From assembly GCA_965649765.1 (NCBI GenBank), contig OZ287756.1:744001-808000 (forward strand): 64,000 nucleotides of DNA, given 5' to 3'. The notes under the pieces are model-generated. The model saw nothing but the letters and a program-made list of their open reading frames with translations. It was not told the DNA's origin and searched no databases. Shown piece by piece: positions 1-12,299 of this stretch (its first letter is position 1; each line of letters begins with the position of its first letter). The DNA comes from Bispira polyomma. Its lineage: Eukaryota. Made by a program: the position numbers and the translations under genes.

Positions 1-269
1 TTAATTTTATGTGTAAAGCAATTTTGGGGCTTTTTGATCTTGCCTTTGTGCAGAACTAGATGTCAAGATGTGACAACACTTGTGACCTGTTGTAATTCTT
101 TTAAACAATACATATTTACGTGATGTGTGTTGACTCACATATATTCATATTAATTGCTATCTTATCATAATGCGTCACATACAACCAATGACATATCAAA
201 AGATCCATAGTAAAAATTAAATCTAGTGAACTGTTCCAAAGAGATTTTTTTTGCCAAAAAAACTAATAC

Positions 270-800
270 ATTGTTGAAGGAAGTGAAGGTGAAGTTAGTA
301 TTATATTTTTTACTTGAACTGTAAACCATTGGAAGTACAGAACACTATTATGCCTGCTTTGTAACCACCATCCTTAGAAGTGAGAAGAAAGTGATTATGC
401 ATTGGTAGTCCTAGGCTGTTAGGCCAAGCATTAGTTAGACTTCCATGTCACAAAGACGTCTGAATACATTTTCTTTTAAAACACTCAATATTGTTAAAGT
501 TTGTACTTTTATTGGGCCACAATCGTTGACCAGGCATCCCTTGTGCCGAACATCCTAGTTGATAGAAAAAGAATAGTCCCAAAACAGGTTTGTAATCAGA
601 GTCAAGTCATAACCAGCAAGTTTGTATATATAGTCCACCACTGTGATATCCTTATTTCTGATTGACCTGACTGGGATACAATTTTTAACATGTATTTGGT
701 TAGACGTTAAAACCTGGATTTACCTGAATATCACCAGATAAAGACAGGTCTAAAGAATAAATTATAGAAGGTTGGATCCAGAGTGTACATGGTGATGGTG
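270..800 (-). mobile_element. Decayed L2/CR1-type LINE ORF2 N-terminus (2A-like motif + AP endonuclease remnant)
   Basis: Minus strand reads ...LSLSGDIQVNPG (712-747). After a frameshift it reads VRSIRNKDITVVDYIYKLAGYDLTLIT (APE motif I/II-like), and further on GGYKAGII...FTSF. Many stops and frameshifts. Confidence 0.6.
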
Positions 801-2329
801 ATCCTTTGACAGTTGGGGCTAATCTAATCCACATAAAGGCAGCACAGTAAACCTGGAGCAGGTGAGTACTTCACCTCTCATAAGTGACTTAGTGAATCAA
901 TAAACACATAGAATCAGAAAAGCATCCTGTTTTAGTCATGCAAGTAATAAGTGTTGCCATTATTGAGCATGCAGCAGGCATTTCTGACGGTGTCTGATAG
1001 GTTTCCGCTCAAATGCTTTGGCTAAGCTGCACATAAATCTGTGCTTCATCAGCATAGAAATTATACTTAAATAAACTATAAGAGGAGAACTAGTCACAAT
1101 ATTTTTAAATGTCAATTGTAGTGCTAATAGTATTGTTATACTATGTCCAACCTAAGCCTTAAGTGCAGTCAATCAGAGGCTGTAATTAATTATTTTATTT
1201 AATAAAATTGAAGTCAATCACCATCAATTCCACACCAATTAGAATTGCTTGGACATCACACAATATAACTTGGGAATTATAAGCCCTTGGAGTAATTCAC
1301 TTTGTCATACACACTAATATATGTTAGTCGAATCACCAGCACACGCCAGACTTTATTCAATACTAACTTTACTCAGGGACAATTTCTTAGAGAAAATAAG
1401 TCTTTTCAGCAGAACAATAGATGCATTGCTATGGCAAGTTGCAATAACCCAGATATTATTGAGGTAGTGGATTTTGTTAGTAACTCTAGCTTTGTGTGTG
1501 ACTGTGTTGTATTAAGGTGTTATTGGTGTGAGGCCTTGGCTTGTCTTACCCAATGATTTGATTTGTATGACAAATGACCAGAATGGGGAAGAGGGGGGGG
1601 GGGGGTGTCTGACACAGCTGTGACACAGATACATATATAACTAGTAAAGATAGAGGATAAGTCTGGATTGATAAAAACATCTGTGCATTTGAGAAAAAAA
1701 ACACCCAAGGTGCTGGCATTTTCATTCATGGTCAAAAGTCAAACCCATTTTTGCGGCATATACACAAGACAATTAGACTTCATTGCATTAGAAAGATAAT
1801 TGGATGGAGATCTTATGTTAAATTAAGTTTCGTCCAAGCCAAGCCAACAGAATCCTTGATTGCCTTTTCTAGAAATGACCATTCAACCCACAGAGGACAG
1901 AATGGGATTTAATTTAGCAGTGGCATAAATCATGATATATCCTTACATTGCACCCAGCTGACCCCAAGGAAGTTTTAGCTGAGGACTGAAGGATTGTCCC
2001 CTGTCAACAGAGGGGCTTTAAGCTGGTCAAATACGCATGAGCAGAGCTTGCTACTGATTGCTTGTCCATGGTAATTCGTTGACAACCTTTCGGTTGGTGT
2101 GCTGTAATATTACTGTACCAAGCGATCAGTGAAATTTACCTTACATGTTGCAATTGTTCGTCAAATTTAATCAAAAAGCTTCACTATGGAATTATATTTA
2201 GGTTTGATACAGATTTGTGAAACACAAAGGATGTTACGCCAATTTTACAGGTATTTGCAGATATTCTGTTCAGATAACTGTTCATCAAATGGCCATTTTA
2301 TTTGACTTGGTGAATAGACCAGACATAAT

Positions 2330-2650
2330 TACTTATTGTTGTTGTCCTTGGTCTGGTTGGTAAGATAGGCGCTTTGGGAAACAGAAGACCTCATGGGTTT
2401 GATCCAATCCTGGGGACACAGAAGTCTTAGATGATCATACTTTACATATTGATCCTTGTTACTGGGTTCTATGCCCATTGATCCCATTCTGGGGACACAG
2501 ATGACTTGGATAGCCATACTTGGATAGTCATACTTAACATACTGATCCTTGTTACTGGGTTCTATGCCCTTTGATTCCATACTGGGGACACAGATGGCTT
2601 GGCTGACATACTTAGCATACCGGTCCTTGTTACTGGGTTCTATGCATAGT
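2330..2650 (-). repeat. Diverged ~85-100 bp tandem repeat (3 units), exon-like
   Basis: Unit containing gatccttgttactgggttctatgc and ctggggacacaga recurs three times. Minus-strand translation gives (G/C)IEPSNKD(Q/R)Y(V/A)KY three times. Confidence 0.75.
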
Positions 2651-3279
2651 GATCAGGCTGAAGAATCTTAAACATTGATTTAAATAGTGTCATCCTCAAT
2701 AGTTTTACTTCAGTGTTCTGGGACTGACAGTTACTGGTGCGTAAAGTTAAAGCTACTTCCAGACAGAGAGGACACAGTTATCTTTATTTGTTGCAAAAAA
2801 CAACATTTAAACATTTAGTGTCGAAGTAAAAATAAATCACGACTTATTTTGTAAGGGTCATTAGAACACGTTAATATAAATTCCAAATGAAGGTTACATT
2901 GAAATATCTGACAAAAATTCACTTAAGGAGAACTATTACAAGTTGAAAGCATCACCTGCACAAACAGAAATTACACAAGGTTTCTGTCTGTTCATTATCC
3001 AACTAAGTGGGCCGATTTCCAGGAGTGTTTAAAATAGGAAACAAATCTAAATACATCCCTAGTGTATAGATATATCTTCATTAACCTAAATACACCATGC
3101 TGTTGTATATTTCTCAGTAAATCCAGGACTATTTTAGCCCACTGGGTGATTTGGATGCTTAGTCTATAAATCACAGTAAGAAGCCCACAGAAACAGTTTC
3201 GTAATTTGGGGCAATTGTCACTAAATTGTACCCCCCTCCAAAAAAAGCAATCCAGTATATAATTAGTCAATATTTACAT

Positions 3280-3412
3280 TTATTTAAATGACCTGCCTTT
3301 AGCTAGTGTGTTGTCAAGTGTTGTCCATGTGTGGGCCAGTAGTGGAGATTTGAACACGTAATTGCAGAGATGGGAGTCAAAGATTGTTACCTTCACACTA
3401 CTGAGACATCCA
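3280..3412 (-). mobile_element. tRNA-derived SINE head (decayed)
   Basis: Minus strand reads gtctcagtagtgtgaaggtaac...gtgttcaaatctcc, with A-box-like and B-box (GTTCAAAT) elements at tRNA-like spacing. Confidence 0.5.
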
Positions 3413-3624
3413 GCTGGCCATTGAAAACCCAAGTTCAACTTTTACCAAACACTTCGAATGAAGCCTGTAAGCTAAATACACATATACATACCCTGGCTAT
3501 TATTATTATTATCACGTCAAACTTTTTAGCGCTTGTTTTTACGCTGTAACAAATTCTAACGTGCCAAAAAGCCAAAACCAGAATCAAAAATCATTAATGA
3601 TTGACAGAAAGAAGTTGTCATCAA

Positions 3625-4240
3625 TGTTACATATAAGAACATTGTGGTATGTTAAAGCACTCTGCTAGAGTGATCTATTTATAGATTTGGGGAAACCCCT
3701 AAGCTTCTAGAAGCTGGTTCTATTTTGTTTCTGTTGTTATTAAAGTTGTGTTAATATATGTTTAAATTTCATCTCTAGAATGTTCTAGCAATTGTTCACA
3801 TATTCTAGAGCCTTCTCTAGCAGTTGTATATATAAAGGTTGACAGCCTGGCCACAGACCAGAGTTTATTGAGTTGGTGTGCTATACGAACTGCTATACTG
3901 TGAAACATTTTATTTCTTTTCCTGTGGATATAAACTGATTACTACATATGTTTTTGTGGTGAACTCATTAGAGTGAACTAGATAAAAGTTGTGGATCTAC
4001 CATTGATTGGATTTACTGCAAATTGGATATTTTTGCATCCTGGATTGGATAGCTTAGTTGTGCAGACTCTCTGGATATATACATTTTGTGTTCGTGGACA
4101 CCAAACGAATAACAGGATACAGGCATTGTGTGGACACTGAGCGGATCTCAAAATTTGTTAAGTGAAACTTTTTGTCTTTATCTGTTACAACCTCAAAGCA
4201 ACCGGTAATTGCTACCACGCTTGCTCCCGTGACCGTAACA
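3625..4240 (+). mobile_element. Solo LTR (Gypsy-like), 616 bp
   Basis: Ends are TGTTAC...GTAACA, flanked by tcaa/ttaa (4-bp TSD with 1 mismatch). Internal TATA box tatatataaa at 3827-3836. It splits an L2 3' end. Confidence 0.65.
3704..3836 (+). promoter_or_regulatory. Cluster of heat-shock-element-like motifs upstream of the LTR TATA box
   Basis: cTTCtaGAAg (3704-3713), aGAAtgTTCta (3777-3787) and TTCtaGAg (3803-3810), followed by TATATATAAA. Confidence 0.45.
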
Positions 4241-6310
4241 TTAATATGTCCACTGAGGACAGAAAAAAACTTTAAAGGTAATGTATCATTGAACAAACAT
4301 AGATATTTAAACTGGGCAGGAAAGGAATGCAGGGATGGGACTGTTCTGACTTGGTGAGGTCAACTATTCCATAGAGTTGAAGCATCATTTGTAAAGTTTT
4401 TACTAAGGTAAAACTTCGATTTGTGTGTACTTTGGACTTATATTTTGGAACAAGAAGTAATTTATTCTTGGGAGCAGCTCGCCTTGAATTAACATTACAC
4501 TTGTAGTACCACGTCTGGTAGGTATTTAGGCAAACCAGAATCAGTAAACGAGTATACTATTGCAGCATTCTGAAAAACACACCAAGGTCTAACGTTTGTA
4601 TTTACATTGGCCACACAGATTTCTTTAGCCCTCTAGAGAACCAGTCAAATCTTTGTAGTTTTGTAACTTTTCTCCTGCTGCAAAAGGGTTTTTTTACCAG
4701 CCAGTAATGTATGACAGACCTCAGACCACTCTACCTCCCAGAATCCCTCTCTTGTTGTTTATAGCTGTCCCTAAGCCCCGCCAGGGTTATATAAACCAGC
4801 TAGTGGATGGATTGTCCTAGTAATCCCCCTGGGTTAACCCCGGGGACAGTAGAGGGATCCAGCTTGGAAGAAAGTTCTAAGTAGGTGGATTTTGTGAAAG
4901 GGGAAGTGGCTCAAATGTGCCCCTCCCCCCAGAATGTACCCAACCCTAACCACTCTTTTATGGTGGTATTTCTTTAAAGCTATTTTTTCTGATTTGTGTT
5001 TTCTCTCTCTCGCCTCAGGCCTAGTTTGTCATATAAATATAGATAATTCCAATAGACTAAATGTACACCTGAATAGGTCGATGTCCCCTTGTAAGTCTTA
5101 TGTTTTAATATCAGGCTGTCATAATAATAATAATAGAAACATTTATATAGCACAAAAATTGATAAACATACTCTAATGCGGTGAATTCCAAAATGATTGT
5201 CCATTATTTAGCAAGGGTTGTTACCAAGTAAACATTTGAGCTTTCTACAGGTTTAACAACTGTAAACTATAAACCATAGATTTCTGGGATGTAAATATTT
5301 TGTCAGTTCTATAATCGTCTTTTTTCTTTGCAGAAAATTTAACACATAAACAATGTGATCATTACATCCACACTTCTTCACACTAAAATGTCGTGTCACT
5401 TGTACTTGATATATTAAACCTATGTAATATTTTTATTTTATTTTTTTGCTGACACAAAGGGGACTTAGCAAGGCTAGCATTCACACTTCCCACCACATAA
5501 GTGCAGACTTCTGTTCCTCTCACTTTTTGCACTTCTAACGCTCCCGTGCACTCAAATGGCACCATTTTTTCTGCATACCCTAGGTGGTATATTTAAGCTT
5601 TTTCATGTCGCTCGTTAGCAATCCACACGTTCCATTTAGGGACCTTTAATTCTACAGGTTCAACAACTGTAAACCACTATTACTGGCACTAATTCCCCAG
5701 GGATCCATCCGGCCTTGTGATCCTTCATCTACTTAAGGGATTGTGGTGTCTTTTATACAGAAGACATTCTGATGTTGAAAGCAAACAATCCCAATCATGT
5801 GGTTTACTTCCTAAATGTCACGTGACTCTTTAAAGCGTTGTCTGCAAGCAATGAATATGAGTTCATGATTAATGTTTTCGGTAAATTGTAAAATTGAATA
5901 CAGAATACTCTACATGACTAGTTGTTCCCCATGTAGATATGTATGTGTAGTTCTTTAATTTAAATTTAATATTCACGTTATTTTCATTGACTCTCTTTCA
6001 TTTGGACATTTCTCTTGCAGTAACCTGTACCATCATTGTAAATAAACAACAACTAAAGTGAAGTTTGTGATATAAAACACGACAAACCAAATGATATTGG
6101 ATTCCCCAACCACTAGGCCAATCAACGAACTTATATTGACCCAGATCAATATCTCTTGGTAATGTAACCACACCAGATCATTGTAGTGAATCATCACTTG
6201 TATCAACTAGAAAGACAAACACTAGGTCTCTATCAAATTTGATGTCAATTAGTTCAGTACTTTTTATATCAGCGTGGTGGCACCAAACAAAGATAACCAA
6301 CAACATGCAA

Positions 6311-6490
6311 CCAGCATTGTCCAAAACATATACCTTTGTCAGATATAATTCAAAATCAGCATTGTTCAAAACATATTCCTTTGTCCGATGTAATTCAAAA
6401 CCAGCATTGTCCAAAACATATACCTTTGTCAGGTGTAATTCAAAACCAGCAGTGTCCAAAACATATACCTTTGGCAGATGGAATTCAAAA
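6311..6490. repeat. 45-bp minisatellite, 4 copies
   Basis: Unit ccagcattgtccaaaacatatacctttgtcagatgtaattcaaaa starts at 6311, 6356, 6401 and 6446. Confidence 0.9.
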
Positions 6491-7186
6491 CTAAGATTAA
6501 AAGAACTAGTGAAATTAAATAAACAACTCCAAACACATTCCAGTTTTGTAATTTGGATTTGTCAAAATGCAAAATTAGATTTTCAAATCTAACATCATGA
6601 AAATGATAACGTCAGACATTTGACATGGATTTCTTCAAATACATATTTAAAAAAATTAAGGACATAAATGGCGACTAAAGATAGAATTGATTACTGACTT
6701 TTTGTATGCGTATGAGCATAAGATTGGCCTGATTACTTTTTTGTGGCCCCAATACACACTAAACAAGCCTGTATGGGAACGTTATTGGCCCAGAATCTGC
6801 AACAGTATATTGTTATTACATTCAACTAACTTTTGTATTTTGAATTTGGTTTTGTCAGAATATTAGTGTCAAATTGTTGTTATTATTTATGTGATACGAT
6901 ATATCTAATACATACATATATATACATTGATTTGCAGTACCACTGACAATTTTTATACTAATAAATATTATGGTTTCAATAAATTTCTCCCACTCCAATG
7001 AGGTTATTTATTTCTGAAACCTAAATATGCAGATGTCTTTCACATAAAATTTAGATTTATCGTCAGTTCAATGTCATCCTTAACAACAGTATCACTTATA
7101 TCGCAAGAAGCACTTTATTGCTTGACTAACTTAGTAAATTATAGTTGGTCCAGGTTTACTGCACTAGCTGAGATTAACTTAAACTT

Positions 7187-7426
7187 AAAACTGTACCATG
7201 AACCTGGTAATTCATGATGGTAGGTATGTCCTCTACAGGGTATCCTCCTAGTGTAAAACTGTGCCATGAACCTGGTTATTCATGATGGTGTAGGTATGTC
7301 CTCTACAGGGTATCCTCCTAGTGTAAAACTGTACCATGAACCTGGTTATTCATGATGGTGTAGGTATGTCCTCTACAGGGTATCCTCCTAGTGTAAAACT
7401 GTACCATGAATCTAGTAATTCATGAT
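7187..7426. repeat. ~70-bp tandem repeat, ~3.5 copies, with internal inverted repeats
   Basis: Unit aaaactgtaccatgaacctggttattcatgatggtgtaggtatgtcctctacagggtatcctcctagtgt. Confidence 0.9.
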
Positions 7427-7892
7427 AGAATAAACTATTACAGACAAATGTAACCCATTTAGTATATAAATGTATACAAATTACCTAACTATAACAACCT
7501 TCCATAAGTATGCACCATATGTGTATAACACAGGTTTGAATATTCCACAGGTTTTTGTATTGTAAACCTCAACCTATCGAATTATATGCATGTGTGCATT
7601 ATGACGACATTATGCCATCATCTCTTAAATGTTTGTTTTTTAAATATTTTTCTTAATGTTTGCCTCTTCGAGAAGTGTATGCCACTTAAACTTGTATAGG
7701 GTTTCCCTTTTATTTACTTACATCATGTTTATCTGTATAAATCCACCTTGTATAAACAGTATGGTCCTCTATTTTCAATAGAGTACACGTATTTAAAATG
7801 AACGATAAATAATTTCATAGTCTGTAATACCTCCTGACCTCAATCACTGTACTCTTCTGTCTACCCCGAAACAGTAACTTGGACACTAACCC

Positions 7893-8080
7893 ATACTTAA
7901 TGTGATATTCTCTATTTGTAAATCTGGTGTAGCTCTATCATACTTTATCTGATGTTTTCTGTGTGTAAGTCTGGTGTAGCTCTATCATACTTAATGTGAT
8001 GTTTTCTGTGTGTAAGTCTGGTGTAGCTCTATCATACTTAATGTGATGTTTTCTGTGTGTAAGTCTGGTGTAGCTCTATC
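7893..8080. repeat. 47-bp minisatellite, ~4 copies
   Basis: Unit aagtctggtgtagctctatcatacttaatgtgatgttttctgtgtgt at 7920, 7967, 8014 and 8061. Confidence 0.9.
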
Positions 8081-9149
8081 CTCTAATGGCCACTGTGGCT
8101 TTCAGTTTTACAGAAATTATTATTACTAAAACAGCCCAAAATAACAGCGACAATACAAATCTTACATGGGGGCATTATGACGCTGTGGTCTGGAACATCC
8201 AGATTATGATTGAACTTGGAGATGTAATGGCAGTCACAGTTTGACAACGGTTGAACTAATACACTCTACACTCTATAAGATATTCAAAATAATAACATTA
8301 ACCTATTCATGTCCATTTAGCCAATAATTTGTTTGTGTAGATAATATAAATGTCACAATTGATAGATCTCACTCTATGTTATGACACTGCCTTGTGGTGC
8401 TGTTTTAACAATGGGTTCAACATTTTGGAAGTTAGATTTGGATATCGACAAGTTTTAAAAACAGGATGAATATATACAAATATTATATAAATCAAAACAG
8501 CTACATGCCTCCGTCCTTTTCCCGTTCATAAATTACTGTTATTCAGATTTAAAACTTCATATTATGTGTAAAGCATGCAGATGTAACTTACAATAGACAT
8601 AAATTTATTAGGAATAATCACACCCAGCAGCCATTTGTCTGTTTTTTTGTTTTTTTTTTGTCATATCTGTGTAATGCAGTCTAACAATAAAACTCCAACA
8701 CAGAGCTTTTAGTCTAGTGAGTTGATCTATGGGTCAACTGGGACTACCCTTGTACTTACACTGCTTATATCTGACAAACTGCAGCTTGCCCGGCTGTAGT
8801 GGTGTATTGAACTACAAGAAAAATCTAGTATGGTTTGACAAGCAGCTTGGGTAATGCAGTTACATCCCTATGATAAATGGAAACAAGAGTTGTCTTTTAT
8901 AAAAGGACACAGGCGCACAGTGTGAAATTTACTATATACTCAGGTACCAGGCTGCACGTGATAACACTAATTCTAACAGCTCTCACATTTTGTTATTATT
9001 TCTATTATTATTATTATTTTTTTTATTATTATTATTATTATTACGCATTTTAAACGTACTTTATTGATGCTAACCAAAGTGTATGTAATGATCTGAGGTC
9101 GACTGGGAGACTGTTACAAAACAAAGGAGCTGCAATTGAGAAAGCTCTG

Positions 9150-9315
9150 GATCCAGCCTTTTTTCACACTTGCTATGAACTACATTGGTTGCCTCAAAGC
9201 ATAGAATAAACTTCAAAATGGACACACATTCATACTACCTATTTGACAACAAGTGCCTGGGATGATACTATATACATTTGGCGTTAAATAAATTATTCTA
9301 TAATAATAATAATAA
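9150..9315 (+). mobile_element. L2 LINE fragment with (TAA)n tail
   Basis: ELHWLP...RINFK motif (L2 ORF2 LHWLPxxxRIxFK) followed by ggcgttaaataaa...(taa)n. Confidence 0.55.
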
Positions 9316-12299
9316 AGCCTTGCACGAGCGATAACTCCAGTGGTAGCATTAAAATCAACCAGTGAATTAGTTACTAACAGCGCTGATACCTATCCACAAA
9401 ACAAGGGCTGATTGTTTTCATACTTTGGAACAGTGTACCAGTTAACATTACAAAAATCAAAAACTCATTCAAGATTTTGTTCAATGAACTTTCATGAAAT
9501 ATTTTAGCTTGTGATAACCGTGTTACAAATTCTAATAATTATACTATTTTCTGATAAAATATATGCCCTCTGAACAGAAATGGATATAAAGGAAATATTA
9601 TTGTCTTCGCAAATGGCATTAAATTCTACAAACCATCGAAGCCAATAAATCATTGCAGCCTCTATCTTTGAATTATTTGACATTTGACAGTATCAGTATT
9701 GACCCTACTATGACAGCAGGGCTATTATGTTGCCTTATAGAGCTGACAATGAAGAATATAATGAAACACTGTCATTATCTCAGCAATCTGTGTCCTCGGA
9801 CTTTAAACTAACCTTTTACGTCAATCATATGTGGCCAAACTGATTATTGAACCTGTTCTGAGGCCCTATGACATCACATCCTGTTTGGAAGCCAACTATA
9901 GTTTCTTGATGACAAGGGATTGCCCATTCGGTGGACAAAAACCCTGTCACTGTTGGCTTCCAAAGAAAGTGTGGACAGATGGTGGACCATGTTTGGTTTG
10001 GTTTGAAAGCCACTAAAAGATATATAATACCACAGAGTGTAAACAATCCAAATTCTGAATAGATACAATAATATTTTTTCTTATAATAAAATTATAGTTA
10101 CAGCTAAACTAATATCAAACCTTAACCTTTCTATAGTTCAAACCTTGTTAACTCCAATTGCCAAAATCCAGCTTAAGTAATTTCTTTGATTGCCTACACT
10201 GGCTAACAAATGTAACTCGATTACACTCTTTAATTAAGTTTCATTAACTACATTACACATTTATTACCACCAATGAATTTGATATCCTCTGTAAGATCTC
10301 CAAAAGAAGAAGTCTGAATAAATAGAATGACATGGTAGACTCACCTAATCAGTAATTGATGCCTATCAGGTAGAGTTTCCAATGTTCTGCTCTAAATGAA
10401 TTTATTGTAGAACTAATGTAATACTCCCTTATACGGGTGTAACAATATCACCAGCAATTATTATGTACATTTGTTCAATCTGACTCCAACATTACACACT
10501 TCAATTCATCATATTACAAATGAAACATAATTTTGAGCAAAGTGTCAAAGTGATACTATGGATATTAGAGTGTAACTTTAAGACCACGTGGACGTGATTA
10601 GAGTTAAGTATGAGTTCATTCGACGTTTGTTTTCTGACTTTGATTAAATCATTATTTACCACTGGATCCATATTCCATAATTTTTTTTTCTGGGCTTTGG
10701 GTTAAATGTGAAGAATCTTACATGTTACATGTGGAGTTTGTTGTTGTGCTTGTTAATAGTATTCAACAGACAGCAGAGTCTAGTTTGGGCTTGAAGTCAA
10801 GGGCAAGACAAGTGAATGAATGTTAAACTTTGCACATGATGTCTTATCCTTTGCCTACATTCTTGTCCAAATCACATCACTTAAAATACTTTTTGTTGTC
10901 GTCTGTATTTTCAATAACTATCATGAAAACATCTCAATAGATCTGTTGGTATGCTAACATACTAATCAAACATATTGATTAAAGAGAGCGTCATTTACAA
11001 AGTCATGATTCGTTAATGTCTTTGAATTCATGCTAACATTGACGACCACTAACTCACGTTCTGTGAATACCAAATTCACAAAATGAATAGTAGTTATACG
11101 TCTGTGCCAAGGGAAAGTTTAGTAAATCACCTTGTCCACAGCAAACCTGTGGTCATCAAACTCCTAGCTATGCTATAACAAAAACCCTCAGAGACTCATC
11201 TTCAATCAGGAATTGTCAGGCAACTAAAATAGAAAAAAATGATGTCAAATCTTTAACTTCATTACAGCCATTTGTCCTGATGCTAGATAAGTAGAAACTT
11301 CAGCTGGTGTTTTTCTACCATGACAATAGAATTAAGTTTGACTTACATTTTATTAATTTGAAATATAAATATAACTTTCAAAAGGAATTAATTTTCACTA
11401 GCATAGGTTGTTAGAGTGAATTAATCTGAATTAATAAGTACACTTTTACTTTTGCAGCATGACATTGTCTGAATAAGGCTTAGAGTGTAAAGAATATATG
11501 AAATAAAATATACTACATCTTGCTGCAAATGTGCTGTTATTATACTTTATATAAGATGTAATCAGATTTCATATACAAGTTGGTTAGTTAAAAATTATAT
11601 ATATATATATATCTCTAGTTGTGACCAAGTGGGTAACACACTGACCTAAGGACATAGATACCCTGGCTCTCCCTGGTACAGACAGAACTTAGTGAGTCAT
11701 ATGACCATTCAATATAGTGGTGTCCCCTGTCATTCCTATTCTCAGTGTTATCATCAAGATTTTCTGGTTAACAAGTGAGGTGCCAGTTTTATAAAAAAAC
11801 TATTTAGGTCTGAAATGTATATAATTCAATTTACCTAAAGCTAGCAATTAATGAAAGTCGATCAAGATTCTTCAACATAATCAAAACATTATGCCACAAA
11901 TATGTAGGGTTTAGCGTGCACCAGTTAAGTAGCATTTTAAAATTTACATCTCATAAATCGGCTAATTTTTACTGGTACCTCCGAGTTATGGCTTAAAAAC
12001 AACACACCTTTTTTCTTTTATCATATTTACTTTGTTTGACTTTATACAGTCGTTTTTAGCATTTATCACCTAGGTGTTTAACCTTCTGCCATTATCGCTC
12101 ACATTCCCCATTTTACACATTTGTTTTTTTCTCCAAATTTTGCATTTCCTTTTCCACTATGTGACTTTTCTCACATATTTTTATACTACAAGTACTTTTA
12201 CATACAATAGGTTACATCTTTCATTTTGATACTGTCTAGCTGTGATTTTTTTTTTTTTTATTTTCTATGTTTAGTTCTTTTTACTTTTTCTTGCTACTG

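Larger units (their letters stand above)
3498..4680 (-). mobile_element. L2/CR1 LINE 3' fragment, interrupted by a solo LTR
   Basis: 4300-4410 minus reads FTNDASTLWNS*PHQVRTVPSLHSF (L2/CR1 ORF2 C-terminal LWNxLP motif). A 3' tail gcgct...(aat)n at ~3500-3560 resembles the tail of the L2 at 15150-15210. Confidence 0.65.

Noticed and set aside
3280-3412. Functional tRNA gene
   Set aside because: The A/B boxes are degenerate and no cloverleaf can be formed. Treated as a SINE head.
6178-6592. Overlapping ORFs with 15-aa repeats and a VWA-like FLVDTS string
   Set aside because: The open frames are explained by a 45-bp stop-free minisatellite. The DxSxS motif is incomplete and is followed by a stop.
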